This document shows positions 1 to 13,512 of a stretch of DNA of 64,000 bases, piece after piece (position 1 is the stretch's first letter; each line of letters opens with the position of its first letter). The notes below the pieces were generated by a model. It did not search any database and was not told where the DNA came from. It saw only the letters and a program-made list of their open reading frames with translations. Made by a program: the position numbers and the translations under genes. The DNA is from Octopus vulgaris. Lineage: Eukaryota. The stretch covers positions 61,070,001 to 61,134,000 of the forward strand of contig OX597815.1 of the NCBI GenBank assembly GCA_951406725.2, read 5' to 3'.

Positions 1-907
1 TGCTACTTAGCTAGCATTAAGTATCTATATGAAGTTTAACTGTATGTAATATCTGTTTTCTCGAACAGCCACTCCTACAGAATACTGCTGTTGGTTTATT
101 TCTTATACATAAAGGACTAACGCTTCAACTGCTTACTGCTTTCTGACTCATCGTAACGTTTGATGTTATTATTATTACTGTTTAACTATTGTTATCACGT
201 TTCTTGGTTCCTCGTAAAGGAAACATTGTTGTGTTGCATTTGTCAAATAATTGTAAACTGTAACCCTCCCCTTTTGAGAGAAGGAGCTTTGGTTATTGTT
301 TAAAAATTGAATTCTGTCCCTGTTTGGGGAAATTGACAATATTTTCACCGTTTACATAGAAGCATTTTTGTTAGAATGCCTTCGATAGAAGAAAGTCCAA
401 AAATGAATTTCGCTGCAGCCGTCGGCGGGCGCGAACTCATTGAAATTAAAATGGAAGAAATACGGATTGATCACAGACAAAAACGGTGAATCTAGGATAA
501 CACCACCAAACGAAATAAAAACTTAAATTAAAGAAAAAACTATTGTCTATAAAGTATACAATATAGAGGGAAAAAAGATTTGAACACCTGGAGGAAAGTA
601 CCATAGAAAAGTGTCTTGGTGCGACTATGAAAGATATCTAACCAGAGGCGGTAAATTCGCAACAATAGAAGCAAGGTTCGAGTCAACGGAGCGTACAAGG
701 GAGTACTCGACTCGAACCTTGCAAAGTGGAAATATTTTATTTTTACCTTTATATCTAACACATAGGACGTCCCGGATAGAAATTAAATATATCTCCCCTG
801 AAGTAGAGGTAGGCTGGATTGTAGCCACACATACAAGAGGGAGGACAAGATACAATTGATCAAAATTGCAAGAGACGGGCCTACAATTCCAGTCTGTTAT
901 ATATTTT

Positions 908-990
908 CACAACGCCCGCTCTGGGAAACGAAACCGCGATTCTATGACCGCGAGTCCGCTGCTGTAACCACTGGCCCATTGCGGTTCCAC
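908..990 (-). mobile_element. tRNA-derived SINE 5' head
   Basis: The minus strand shows degenerate Pol III A/B boxes; clearly homologous to 39825-39907. Confidence 0.65.
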
Positions 991-1009
991 ACACACACAT
1001 ATATATATA

Positions 1010-1095
<86 letters not shown>

Positions 1096-1098
<3 letters not shown>

Positions 1099-1453
1099 GG
1101 CAGTTTGTCTGTGTGTGTTTCTGTGTGTCTGTCAGGTTGTACCCTCACCCTGACCACGGCTTTCAACCGATTCTGATGAAACTTGACACACACATAGCCC
1201 AATGTCATAATTCAAAACTAACGCAGCGAAAATTTTGAAAAAGTTCCCCCAGTTCTGAAAAAAAATCGATAAATTCGACATGGGGTCGAGAATCAGAAAC
1301 ACAAACCACAGACTGTCTAGGGGACGCAACTCGACCTTTTTAACTAAAAAAAAATTTACCATAATATTTTTCCATTTTTTGGCTATAACCTCTAAAAATG
1401 CCCTTTATAGTTATTTCCACACACACCCGAGCAACGCCGGGCGATATGTGCTA
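1096..1453 (+). mobile_element. Non-autonomous Helitron-like element in (TA)n
   Basis: 3' hairpin CCCGAGCAACGCCGGG followed by GCTAT (degenerate CTAG). The 3' half matches the Helitrons at 33163-33860. Confidence 0.65.
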
Positions 1454-1724
1454 TATATATATATATATATATCAACGCGGAGTCGATGAAAAAGGGACAA
1501 CTGATGAAGGGAATGTTTTTTATGCTACATGTCTCGGTTCTCTGTTTTTTCGTTGTTCAAAAAACGTTCGTTTTCTGTTTTCATTTTTGTTTTCGTTTCT
1601 CATTATGTCCACTTTTTTTATGTTCTGTACCCATATATGCATGTATATATACATATATCTATATATGTAGGTATGTACATGTATTTATGTATATATGCAT
1701 ATATTTATACTTCATTTATATTAC

Positions 1725-1793
<69 letters not shown>

Positions 1794-1958
1794 ATATAAA
1801 TGAAGTATAAATATATGCATATATACATAAATACATGTACATACATATATATATATATATATATAAATATAAGGTTAATCCAAACGGGAAAACAGAAAAA
1901 ACAACAACACGTGGAACAATTACAGTATTATTAGTATTAGGCGCTCAGGAAAATGGAA

Positions 1959-2013
<55 letters not shown>

Positions 2014-2016
2014 TGT

Positions 2017-2463
2017 AGCACCCTCTCTTCTTCCCCCTCAGCCCCACACGGATCATTCCCGTGCTCTAGATCCCGCTGCAACACCTGCCCCTTCATCACC
2101 AACACCACTGCTGTCACCGGTTCCAACCAGCGAACCGTACGTATCAGACATTCTTTCACGTGCACTTCGTCTGGCCTCATATACTGTATTAAATGCAACC
2201 TCTGCGGAATGCTGTATATAGGACAGACGGGACGCCGGTTGTCAGACCGATTCGCCGAACATCTAAGGGATGTTCGTCTACGGTCCTTTTCTCCCGTCGC
2301 ACGTCACTTCCGCTCGGCCAGCCATTTCCCCGATGACATCTCTGTGTTTGGTCTCGCCCCACACAACGGTCTTCCACAATCCAGGCTTCACTTGGAGCAA
2401 TGCTTCATCTTCACTCTACAAACCAATACCCCACACGGACTCAACACAGCCCCCTCCTCTTAG
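2017..2463 (+). pseudogene. Penelope-like (Neptune-type) Cys linker + GIY-YIG endonuclease, 5'-truncated
   Basis: One frame reads GSFPCSRSRCNTCPFI...FTCTSSGLIYCIKCNLCGMLYIGQTGRRLSDRFAEH...PVARHF...EQCFIFTLQTNTPHGLN. Confidence 0.85.
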
Positions 2464-5300
2464 GGACTGCGCTTCACCTCACTTTTTACCCGCCCCTTTT
2501 TTTAATCCTTATACAGAAACACACACACGCATACCCACGTATCCACGCACCCCCAACATACCTACTTCCAACACACCACACACATACTTCCACACCTACA
2601 CACACACCCACACACGCACACGCGCACACACACATGCCCGTGCACACACACCAACAAACAATACCCATACAGATACGCACACCCTTATAAACACCTAGTA
2701 GAGACACACACACACACATACTCGCACGTCACGCGCATGTACATTACACACACACAACCCCAGAGGAAACCCCACGCACACACGCATACAACCACACACA
2801 CACACATACATACGTGCACACACATTCATACATACACTCACACATTCATTCATACATACATACATACATACACACACAAACATACACATACACACACATA
2901 CATACATACACACATACATACACACATACATACATACATACATACATACATACATACATACATACATACATACATGCATACATACACACACATACACACA
3001 TACATGCATACACACACACATACATACATACACACATACATACACATACACATACGCACATACACATATACATACACACATACACACACACACATGCATA
3101 CATACATACACACACACACACATGCACACATACACGCATGCACACATACATGCATACATACACACACGCATACACGCATGCACACACATATACATATATT
3201 TGTATCCAGGCGCACGCTTTATAGTTGAGGGATTGATGGTGATGTTTTTTTTTGGTGTGGGTGTTTGTGGGTCCGCGGGATCTCGAACGCGCTTGAGGTG
3301 CTGCCGGCCCCATATGCGTGATTGTGTGTGCTTTGTGTGTGTGTGCGTGTGTATACGTGTGTATACATACATACATACATACATGCATGCACGTGCGCAC
3401 ACATACATACCTACATACATACATACACACACTTACACACACACATACATACATACATACACACATACATACATACATACACACATACACATACACTCAC
3501 ACATACATACATACATACATACACACATACATACATACACACCCACATACACGCAAACACGCATACATACATACACACACACGCACGCATACATACATAC
3601 TTTACGCCCACACAACTCCAGAGAAAACCCCACTCACACACGCATACATTCACACGCACACTGACACATACGTACACACACATACATACATTCATACATA
3701 CATACATACATACACACACAAACATACACATACACACACATACATACATACATACATACACACATACATACACACATACATATACACACACACACATACA
3801 CACATGCATACATACACACACACACATACATACACACACATACATACACACACACATACGTACATACACATATACATACACACAAGCATACACACACACA
3901 CATACACACATGCATGCATACATACATACACACACACACATACACACATACACGCATGCACATATACATACACACACACACATACATACATACATACACA
4001 CACACACTTACACACATACACACATACATACATACATACACACATACACACACATACATACATACATACATACACACACACATACACACATACACATACA
4101 CACACATACTTACATACACTCATACAGACATACATACATACAGACATACACACATACACCCTCACACATACACACATACACATACACACACATACTTACA
4201 TACACTCATACAGACATACATACAGACATACACACATACACCCTCACACATACATACATACACACACACATACCTACATACACACACGCATGCACACGCG
4301 CGCACATACATGCGCACACGCGCGCACACATACATACATACATGCATACATGCATGCCTGTGGGGTTGGCTTTGTTTCGGGCGTACGTCGGTGCGTGCGT
4401 GTGTGTGCCTGTGGATACGCATGCGCCCGCACCGGAAGAGTTTTTTTCCATCAGTCTTTCAGTTGTGGTGTGTCCTTGCATGCATATATATACACACATA
4501 TAAACATATAAACACACATATAAACCCCTACATTTGTACACACACGCACATACATACATTCAATCCCACGCACGTACACACACACGCACACACACACATT
4601 TACATATATATACAATACACGCACGCACACATAAACACGTACAAACACACACTAATTCACATACACACAACATATACCTACACGCGCACGAACACATACA
4701 CATACGTACACACAGATAAGCACAGACACACACATACATACACACACCAAAACATGCGCACACATACGCACGCACACGCGCGAAAATACTCACAACCCCA
4801 CGGATACATGCATATACATCCATTTACGCTTACACACACACACATACAAACGCACACATACACGCACACACACATACCTCTCTGTTTTTGACCTGCCATT
4901 TTGACCTGCACCACTCCTTAATTCTACTACTGGCCTGCTACTGCCTGTTGTTCGCCATACACACACACACACACACACGCACACACTCACACTTGCCATC
5001 TTCGCACACCTTCTTTACCATTCCGTCTTTGATATAGCTCTCCTGTTTTTTAAAAACATTTTCATCTACTTTCACCACTTCCGCCTTTTAGTATGTGACC
5101 TCGTCTGTATCACCAGCGATTTTTTTTTCTTCTGTCTTCCCTTCTCGGGATCTTTCCTTCTCCTATGTTTCCGACGAAGAGCTCCGCTCGAAACGTCAAA
5201 CCCTCCTTCTTCCCTTCTTTCCTGAGCGTCCAATAATACTTTATTTGTTCCACATCCTTGCGTTGTTGTCTTTTTGTTTTCTTGTTTGGATTAACTTTAT
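2464..5300 (+). repeat. (CA)/(CATA)-rich tract, probable 3' region of the Neptune-type PLE
   Basis: Compound microsatellite between the GIY-YIG stop and a hammerhead-bearing terminal segment that ends in (TA)n. Confidence 0.55.
5167..5201 (+). ncRNA. Minimal PLE-type hammerhead motif (U4C variant)
   Basis: GTTT-CCGACGA-a-GAGC tcc GCTC-GAAA-CG-TC^-AAAC; stems I and II pair. Confidence 0.6.
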
Positions 5301-5424
5301 ATATATACACCCACATAATTGTATATTTGTGTGCGTGTGTGTCTGTTGAAGGAAAGATAGTAAAACAGAGATAGAGTCACTGATAAGTCTATCTTCGTGT
5401 CACTATGTGTATGTGCATGCGTGC

Positions 5425-5457
<33 letters not shown>

Positions 5458-5892
5458 TGGGCGAGTGCGCGCGCGCTGTGTTTCTCCCACATTCCCTCAT
5501 TCACCGTCTCGCATCAATTTCCTCCACTCTCTCTCTCTCTCTCTCTCTCAAACACACAAACACACACATACATACACACACACACACATACACATACACG
5601 TCCCTACCTCTACCCTGTTCCCTCTGTGTATATTTGTGTGGCTTATCGAAAATGTCGGATAATATCACCAAGTATAATCGTGTATTTGTATATTTATCTC
5701 ACGTATCTATCTACACACACAAGCACACACACGCACATACGCACGGACGCGCGCACTCACATATACACATGCAAATACATATGTACGCATACAGACACAC
5801 GCACGTATACAAACACAAATACACACAAACACGTACATCTAAACACACGCATAAGGAAATATGCATGCATAGGAATGGGTGTATAGTTTTGT

Positions 5893-5924
<32 letters not shown>

Positions 5925-5988
5925 ATACATACACAGATATATGTACATATATGCATATAATTGTTTATATAAACATCTGTGTGTTTGC

Positions 5989-6049
<61 letters not shown>

Positions 6050-6057
6050 CATATACA

Positions 6058-6098
<41 letters not shown>

Positions 6099-6102
<4 letters not shown>

Positions 6103-6893
6103 AGAGGCTTCCAAATAGGAAAGCGTTGTACTAGAACACAAAAAAGGATAAATTCACGAAAGGAATGAAAATTACAAACATTTACCATCTCAACTATATC
6201 GCAGACCGACGGTTTCTAACTGTTTCCAGCAAAAAATATTTGCTGAAGGCAAGTTTCTTCAGTGGGACAGCCTTCATAATCCTGACGTACAGACTGCTAG
6301 ATCCACATGTAGATCTAACGGTTTGTAAATCCTAACTTTTCAAACCTCTGCGCAGACGCAAATTATTTCTATATGAATAATATATAGTCTAATGACTAAT
6401 TCGTTTTTTGTGCTAGGCCACTGGTAATAATAATTTATTATTACCCTATTTTATTATACTTAAATATTGTTTGATAAATTTGTTCGAAATTTTTACCGGC
6501 ATCCTCTCTGTCGTCGGGTATAATTTGCGTTTGCGCAGTGGTTTGAAAAGTTAGGATTTACAAACCGTTAGATCTACATGTGGATCTAGCAGTCTGTACG
6601 TTAGGATTATAAAGGATGTCCCATTAAAGAAACTTGCCTTCAGCAAATATTTTTTTGCTAGAAACAGTTAGAAACCGCCGGTCTGGGATATAGTTGAGAT
6701 GGTAAATGTTTTTAATTTTCATTCCTTTCATGAATTTATCCCCTTTTTGTGTTCTAGCACAACGCTTTCCTATTTGGAAGCCTCTTATTGCATTTCTATA
6801 TGAATAATATATAGTCTAATGACTAATTCGTTTTTTGTGCTAGGCCACTGGTAATAATAATTTATTATTACCCTATTTTATTATGTTTAAATA
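6099..6893. mobile_element. Inverted + partial tandem pLTR-like duplication carrying hammerhead motifs
   Basis: 6099-6347 is the reverse complement of ~6540-6790; ~6366-6465 is repeated directly at ~6794-6893; bounded by (TA)n. Hammerhead-like motifs at 6198-6268 (-) and 6618-6689 (+). Confidence 0.7.
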
Positions 6894-6903
6894 TATATAT
6901 ATA

Positions 6904-7889
6904 AATGGATGAAATCATTTGTTTACCGTTAACATGGAAGATTCAGTAAACAGTTACCAGGGTAGCAAAATTCACTAAACTAACACGGATGAAGCGACCT
7001 ATTCAAAGGAAGAAACTCCGGGTTAATGTGTAGTAATTTGTGTAGTATAAGTAAATAAATGGAGTTGAACGAAGATGTTATTAAAATTCTTTTACTTTCG
7101 ACATATGTTTCGAAGACAACATTGGTTTTATTCCAAAGGAATAAACGGTGTAGAATTCAATCTTCTCATCAGGAAAGAAAAAGAGCCTATCTCAACAACA
7201 AGACATTATAACAATTACGATGACTGCCTAAATGATAAACAGAACGTTATTAAGTATTTAAAAAATCGTTAGTAGATTTGACGTCAAAGGTAGATACTAG
7301 GAAGAGAAGGATTAAAGAAATAATAAGTAGAGAACTAATAAAGAGGGATACATTGGTCGAAAAAATGTTCAAAGTCTTAGAAGTAGATTTCTCTATTGAA
7401 GTAAGGTGCAAGTTAAACTAACTGTTCAAACTATAAAGTCTGCCGAAATCACTCATATGAGTTAAAGGTATGTTTCTGCCAGTGTTTACATTTGTAAGAT
7501 CGCTCTATATGTGTTAACAAGGTGATTCTTAGAGAAGAGAATATGGAAGAGTTCAGAGTTGCAGATGTTACAAAATCCCTTGGCCTTATCGTAAGGAAAA
7601 AATACGGACAGGATGAACCAATCTAACTTAAAATCTTTATTGCTGTCTTTAAGATGCGAAACCAATTTACTTAGCCCTGTGCTATGGCGTTTTTTGCTAT
7701 CCCTAAATGATGAATAATGATTTGAAATTCTCTTAGATAACTGGGAAGAGGATGCGCCTATGTAGAAGTAGACATTGGTACCGCAAGAAATTTTACATTG
7801 GTATATAGAATTCTTGATCTGAGAATTATTAGACATAAATTTAATTCTGTTGGGGTTGTCCTCAGAGATCAAAACCATGTTTTTATTGC
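6904..7889 (-). mobile_element. PLE 3' portion: GIY-YIG domain (stop at 7486), 3' UTR and hammerhead
   Basis: IYQCKISC...FYIGAS...RISNHYSSFR...STGLSK...CNICNSE; same type of domain as at 42373-42800. Confidence 0.8.
7095..7177 (-). ncRNA. Type I hammerhead ribozyme, intact core
   Basis: CTTTC-CTGATGA-GAAGA...TCTTC-GAAA-CATATG-TC^-GAAAG; stem III is the palindrome ACATATGT. Confidence 0.8.
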
Positions 7890-8058
<169 letters not shown>

Positions 8059-8612
8059 GAGTGAGAGAGCAGTGCATGCCAGCAAAGTGACACTGGGGTA
8101 AAATATACGAAGCCCAATATACCCATCATGACTACTCGTCTGATAAAGGTACACCAGGCACATGCATCACAACCATATGTGCGCGACATGGTGATCTCAT
8201 ATCAAGATAAACAGCACATGACCTTGCAGGTGGGGCCCAGTTAGAATTTTCTTCAGGTTGAGTAGCCCATCCCGCTCAAAAGGTCCCTGAATAAGGGTTG
8301 TTTAAGGATGTTGAAAGAACCACCCATGTTTCCAGAGGTGAATTATTCAAACCCCAAAGAATCCCTCTCAACACATGGCTATGATGTTCCCCCACTACTT
8401 CTGCTCGTGATCAGAGATGCACATATCGTCAGCCACTAAGGGACATGCTCAACTGGTTAAGGTCAAACAACTGACAAGCAAATCTGTGGTATTGAGCAGA
8501 ATATTTTCTGTAGCCCATCTTTTATACCAAGACAAAACAATGTACGTGATAACACTTCCAATCAGTTAAGATCAGAAGCCATGAGAGCCACTGCCTGGTA
8601 CTGCATCAGGGC

Positions 8613-8615
<3 letters not shown>
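8059..8615 (-). mobile_element. ~557-bp non-coding element between TAA tracts (Dong 3' UTR extension or a separate TAA-targeted insertion)
   Basis: Sharply bounded by (ATT)n on both sides and adjacent to the Dong 3' end; strand assumed from Dong. Confidence 0.45.
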
Positions 8616-8668
<53 letters not shown>

Positions 8669-8669
<1 letters not shown>

Positions 8670-11600
8670 TTTTTTTTCTTCTTTCAAATTTTCTTCAATT
8701 TCTTGCCGAGTGTCTTCCCGACTCCTAGGGCAAAGAAACTCATAGTGTATATTGGTAGGCCATTAAACCAAACTCAGTAGTTCGTTCATCTTTTTTTTTT
8801 TTTTTAAAGTTAAATTAAAATACATGAGCAGCAACAGTTCTCACATCGACAATGCTCTTCTCAATACGTGTGATGTACCAGTTAAGACAATCTTTTGCAC
8901 TTCTTGCAGGGATGGTAAGCCAGGGATCATTCTCATATAATTTTCGGTTCCCTTCTTGATCATTCCTAGTGCTCCTACGATCACTGGTATTGTAACCGCC
9001 TTGAGATGCCACATTTTCTCAGTTTCAATGAGTAGGTCTTTATATTTTCTGAGCTTGTCAAACTCTTTCGCTGAGATATTATGATCACAGGGGATGCTCA
9101 TGTCGATCAATTAGCAAACTTTATTGTTTTCACAACAATATCTGGTTTATTGGCCTTGATGGTTCGGTCTGTATGTACTGGAAAGTCCCACAGAATGGTT
9201 ACATTTTCTCCTTCAGTTACAGCCTCAGGGTGGTGATTATACCACTTGTCGGCAGTTTTGATATTGTAATGCCGACTTATTAGCCAGTGGAGATATTGGC
9301 CAACTCTGTCATGTCTTAATTTATACTCCACTGGTGCTAAGACTTTACATCCAGAGATTAGGTGGTCCACTGTTTCAATCATGTCGTTGCAGAATCGGCA
9401 TTTTGGGTCTGCTCCATTTTTCATCACATTGGCCTGGTAGTTCCGGGTTAATAGGCTTTGGTCTTGAGCAGCCAGGATGAAACCTTCGCTCTCTGCTTTT
9501 AGCCCTGAGCTCCGCAGCCACTGATGGGTTTGCTTCTGGTCAACATCAGCTTGTTTGCTGCGGGTCACATATTTGCCGTGCAGAGGTTTCTCCTCCCACC
9601 TATCAGCCAATTGCTCGTGCGCTTTTTTCATTGCCATCATTTTCACCTTCTTTGCAACAATAGTTGCCGTACTTCCCTCGGGTTGTTCAGTTTGGGTATC
9701 CTGCACGAGATCAATAGCAAATTTTTTGCTTTCCTTGATGATAGAATGAAGCTTCTTTCGTCTCTCGTGATTTTCCACGAGCTTTAGCATCCAGTCATTC
9801 GATATTTCGAGATCTTTGGCCAGTCCAATTGTGGTTGTTTTGTAAGCTAGTTCAAATTGGATCAGGCCTCGACCTCCTTGGGCTCTGGGAAGGTAAAGGC
9901 GATCTACGTCTGCCTTTGGGTGGTGCATCCTATTACAACTCAGCAGCTTGCGTATTTTCCTATCTATATTCTTTACTTCACTCATATTCCAGTTCAACAC
10001 ATTGTAGCTATTAGTAACAACTGGAACTGCTAAGGAATTTATAGCTAACACCTTGTTACGTGCATTTAGTTCAGATTTCAGGACTGCACGAACTCTCCTA
10101 TAACATTCCTTCCTGATCTTCTCTTTCATGCTTGCATGCTGAATACCAGAGCCTTCATTTATCCCTAAATATTTGTATGTTTGTTCTTGCTCAAGCTCTC
10201 TTATGACTGTGTCAATATCTAACACGACTGAATTTGTGGTCTTCACTTTCCCTTTCTGGAAAGTGGCCTTGGCACACTTCTCAAGTCCAAACTCCATCCC
10301 GATGTCATCGCTGAATGCTTTCACGGTGCGCAATAGGCCTTCAAGTTCATTATTGTCTTTACCATAAAGTTTTAAGTCATCCATATAAAATAGATGGCTT
10401 ATTTTTTTATTGGCAATTTTATACCCATACCCTGTTCTGTTTAATTCACTTGTAAGGGGTATTAGGGCTATGCAGAATATTAAAGGTGAAAGTGAGTCAC
10501 CTTGAAAAATTCCACAGTTGATGTTTATATTTTCTGAGGCAAGTACTCCATTAGAGTGGTATAATTGGAGATTCGTATTCCACAACGACATATTGTGCTT
10601 CAGGAAGTTTGAAATCACAGGGGAAATTTTGAAGATGTCCAGCGATCTCAAGATCCATGGATGCGGTATACTGTCGAAGGCCTTTTTATAGTCAATCCAT
10701 GCGGTGCTGAGATTTCTGCGCTTGTTGTGACAGTTCTCAAGGATCATACGATTGATTAGCAGTTGATCTTTGCATCCGTAAGAGCCTCGGCGGCACCCTT
10801 TTTGTTCAATGGGGAAAATATCGTTCTTCTCCATGAATGCATATGTTTTCTCCGCCAGGATAGATGTTAGGATTTTATATGTGGTGGATAGACAGGTTAT
10901 AGGCCGATAGTTTTTTGGAAGGTTGGTTTCGTTATTCTTTGGGAGTAGGTAAGTAATGCCACTTGCTAACCATTCAGGTGTTTTCTTTGGGTCTCTCATA
11001 ATTCCATTGAGCAGCTGAACTAGCTTACCGTGTGCGCACGGAAGCGATGCGAGCCAGAAATTCGGCACCCTATCTTTACCGGGGGATTTCCAATTATGGG
11101 CCTTCGTGAGTGCCTTTCTTAGGTCTGCTATTGTGATGTCTTCCCATGCTTGTTGTAAATTTTGGTAGGATCCTTCAGTTTGTATAATCCAGTCTGCATT
11201 TATGTTGTACGTCTTCTTGTCACTCCAAATCCTTTTCCAAAAGTTTTGAACTTCTTCCATGGGAGGGGGTCTTTAACGGTTACTTTCTCCTTCCCTATTT
11301 CTCTGTAGAATTTTTTGGCATTGGATGTGAACAGCTTATTTTGCTTGTAAAACTTGTTTCTCTTCTCAAATCTTCGTATTCTTTGGGCTTTTGCTTGGAC
11401 TTTTTGTTTCAGCGTTTCTTTTATTGATATCAGTTCTTCTCTTGGTGAGGATCCAAATTTTCTCTTCATCTTTCTTCCTGTTCTGGATCTTACATCATTT
11501 CCACATATTAGTTCATTTAATATTGATATTTCCCCTCTCATAAATTCAATCTCTTTTTCAATTTTACTTCTCCAGGTTTGATTTCTTCCCAGGTTTTGTT

Positions 11601-12930
11601 TTCTTTGTTTTTTCGGGGGCATACAGCTGGTTTCAATTGCCCTAGCAGAAGCGTAAATAATTTCATTTAACTCAGTAAAATCAGGTTTTAATTCTCGTAT
11701 TATTTCATTTGTTACATAGTTGCCAATTTGGATTTGTTTTTTATTTTGGTTTGTATTTGAGAGTTTATGAAGCGGTTCTCTATCATTCATACTTGTATGT
11801 CTTACAACTTCAAGCGTATTCAGGATTTTCTGCCTCATTTCTGCCATAGACTCTCTGTGTTCTTCAGCAAATGCGAGATCTTCAGTTACTGTTGTTTTTT
11901 CGTTTTCCTGGCTATCTTTAACAGGTACAATAGAATTTCTTGTATCTTCAGGCCTTTGCGTACTTTGGTCAGATGGCAGTCTTTCAATTAAGCCTCGTGG
12001 CGGGCTATACTGTTCATCTGATTCTTCATTTCCTTTGTGTCTTATATTTATGTCATTTTCCGTTGCGTGCTTGATCGCGCTTATTTCACTGTCTGTGAGT
12101 CTGTTATTTCTAAAGATATCCCTCCTCACATTTGCTAATTTGTTCTCGTCCAAATAGGGCCTACTGTCTTGATTCCGTGTTCTCCATATACTGTAAGAGT
12201 TTGCGGTGTGTCTCTCTTGAGATGGCCTACCTAATGCATAGTAATAAGCGTACATTACTTCTTTATACTCTTCTCGGGTCCATTTGTTCCGCTTACATTT
12301 TTCTTTCTGTGGTGGTTGTGGTGGTGAACTTGGAGGGCTCGAGTTGCGGGATTTCCCGTTCAAGTGACCATCCATGTCCGTATTCGGAGAAGAGTTTGTG
12401 CCAGTTGATGACTTTTCGATCCCAGGCTGGCTCTTCCCTGGGGGACGCGCTTCCAGATTAACCATAGGACAAGCGATTTGGTATACTGATTTAGTTTTCC
12501 TTTTAGTTTCCAAAAACATTTTGGTGCTACGATAATGTTATCATTTTTTAGCTTTGATTGGCTCGTGGGGAGACGGCCATCATTGCCGTTACAATTATAA
12601 TCGTACCATTATAGCAGCCGTAGTCGGCTTATTATTGTTATTATCATCACCATTACCATCACTATCATCATTATCACCACCATTACCATCATCATTATCA
12701 TCATCACCATCACCATCACCACCATCATCATCGATGATATTGTTTTATGTGTAGTCACAGCAGTATCTTATTGTTATTTTTGTTATTTTATCATTATCAC
12801 CATCACAGTAGTGTCTGTCTGTCTCGTTGGCTGGCTTGGTGGTTGGCTGGCTGACTGTCTTTTTTTTTTTTTTTTTCTTTAGGTGCGGTCCTATTATTTA
12901 GGTGCGGTCCTATTCTTTAGGTGCGGTCCT
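8669..12930 (-). mobile_element. R4/Dong-clade non-LTR retrotransposon (RT + CCHC + restriction-like endonuclease), near full length
   Basis: Domain order RT-CCHC-RLE and both ends in (TAA)n, the known target of Dong elements. Confidence 0.9.
8841..12519 (-). pseudogene. Dong polyprotein split by two frameshifts (~11260, ~9115)
   Basis: KSPGKD, YRPITCL, DYKKAFDS, GIFQGDSLSP, HLFYMDDLKL; CRFC-x8-H-x4-C; RHD; KPDIVV...IDMSIP...KLRKY. Confidence 0.9.
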
Positions 12931-13297
<367 letters not shown>

Positions 13298-13512
13298 TCC
13301 GACACGACGGACGTACGTGAATCAGCTCTATGAGTTTTGTGCCAATTTTATTGGAAATTTGTTAATAAGTTTTAATATTTTTGAATATTTTTGTAGCCAA
13401 ACCGACCAGCCTCTTGCGGAGCTCGTCGGTTAGGCGAAATTTTGCCCCTTCGGGGTGAAATTGCTGTTTATTACATTGAAATTGACATTTTTTGCACAAA
13501 CACATTTACAAA

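Noticed and set aside
400-860. GC-rich patch and short ORFs at the window start
   Set aside because: No recognisable protein motif, and the hammerhead-like reading lacks the core.
1497-1570. CTGATGA box as a hammerhead (also ~28299, minus strand)
   Set aside because: I could not assemble stems II and III with a GAAA box and cleavage triplet.
2486-6188. Long ORFs rich in H/T/Y/I or C/V/M/Y here and throughout the window
   Set aside because: Translations of (CA)n, (TA)n and (CATA)n microsatellites.
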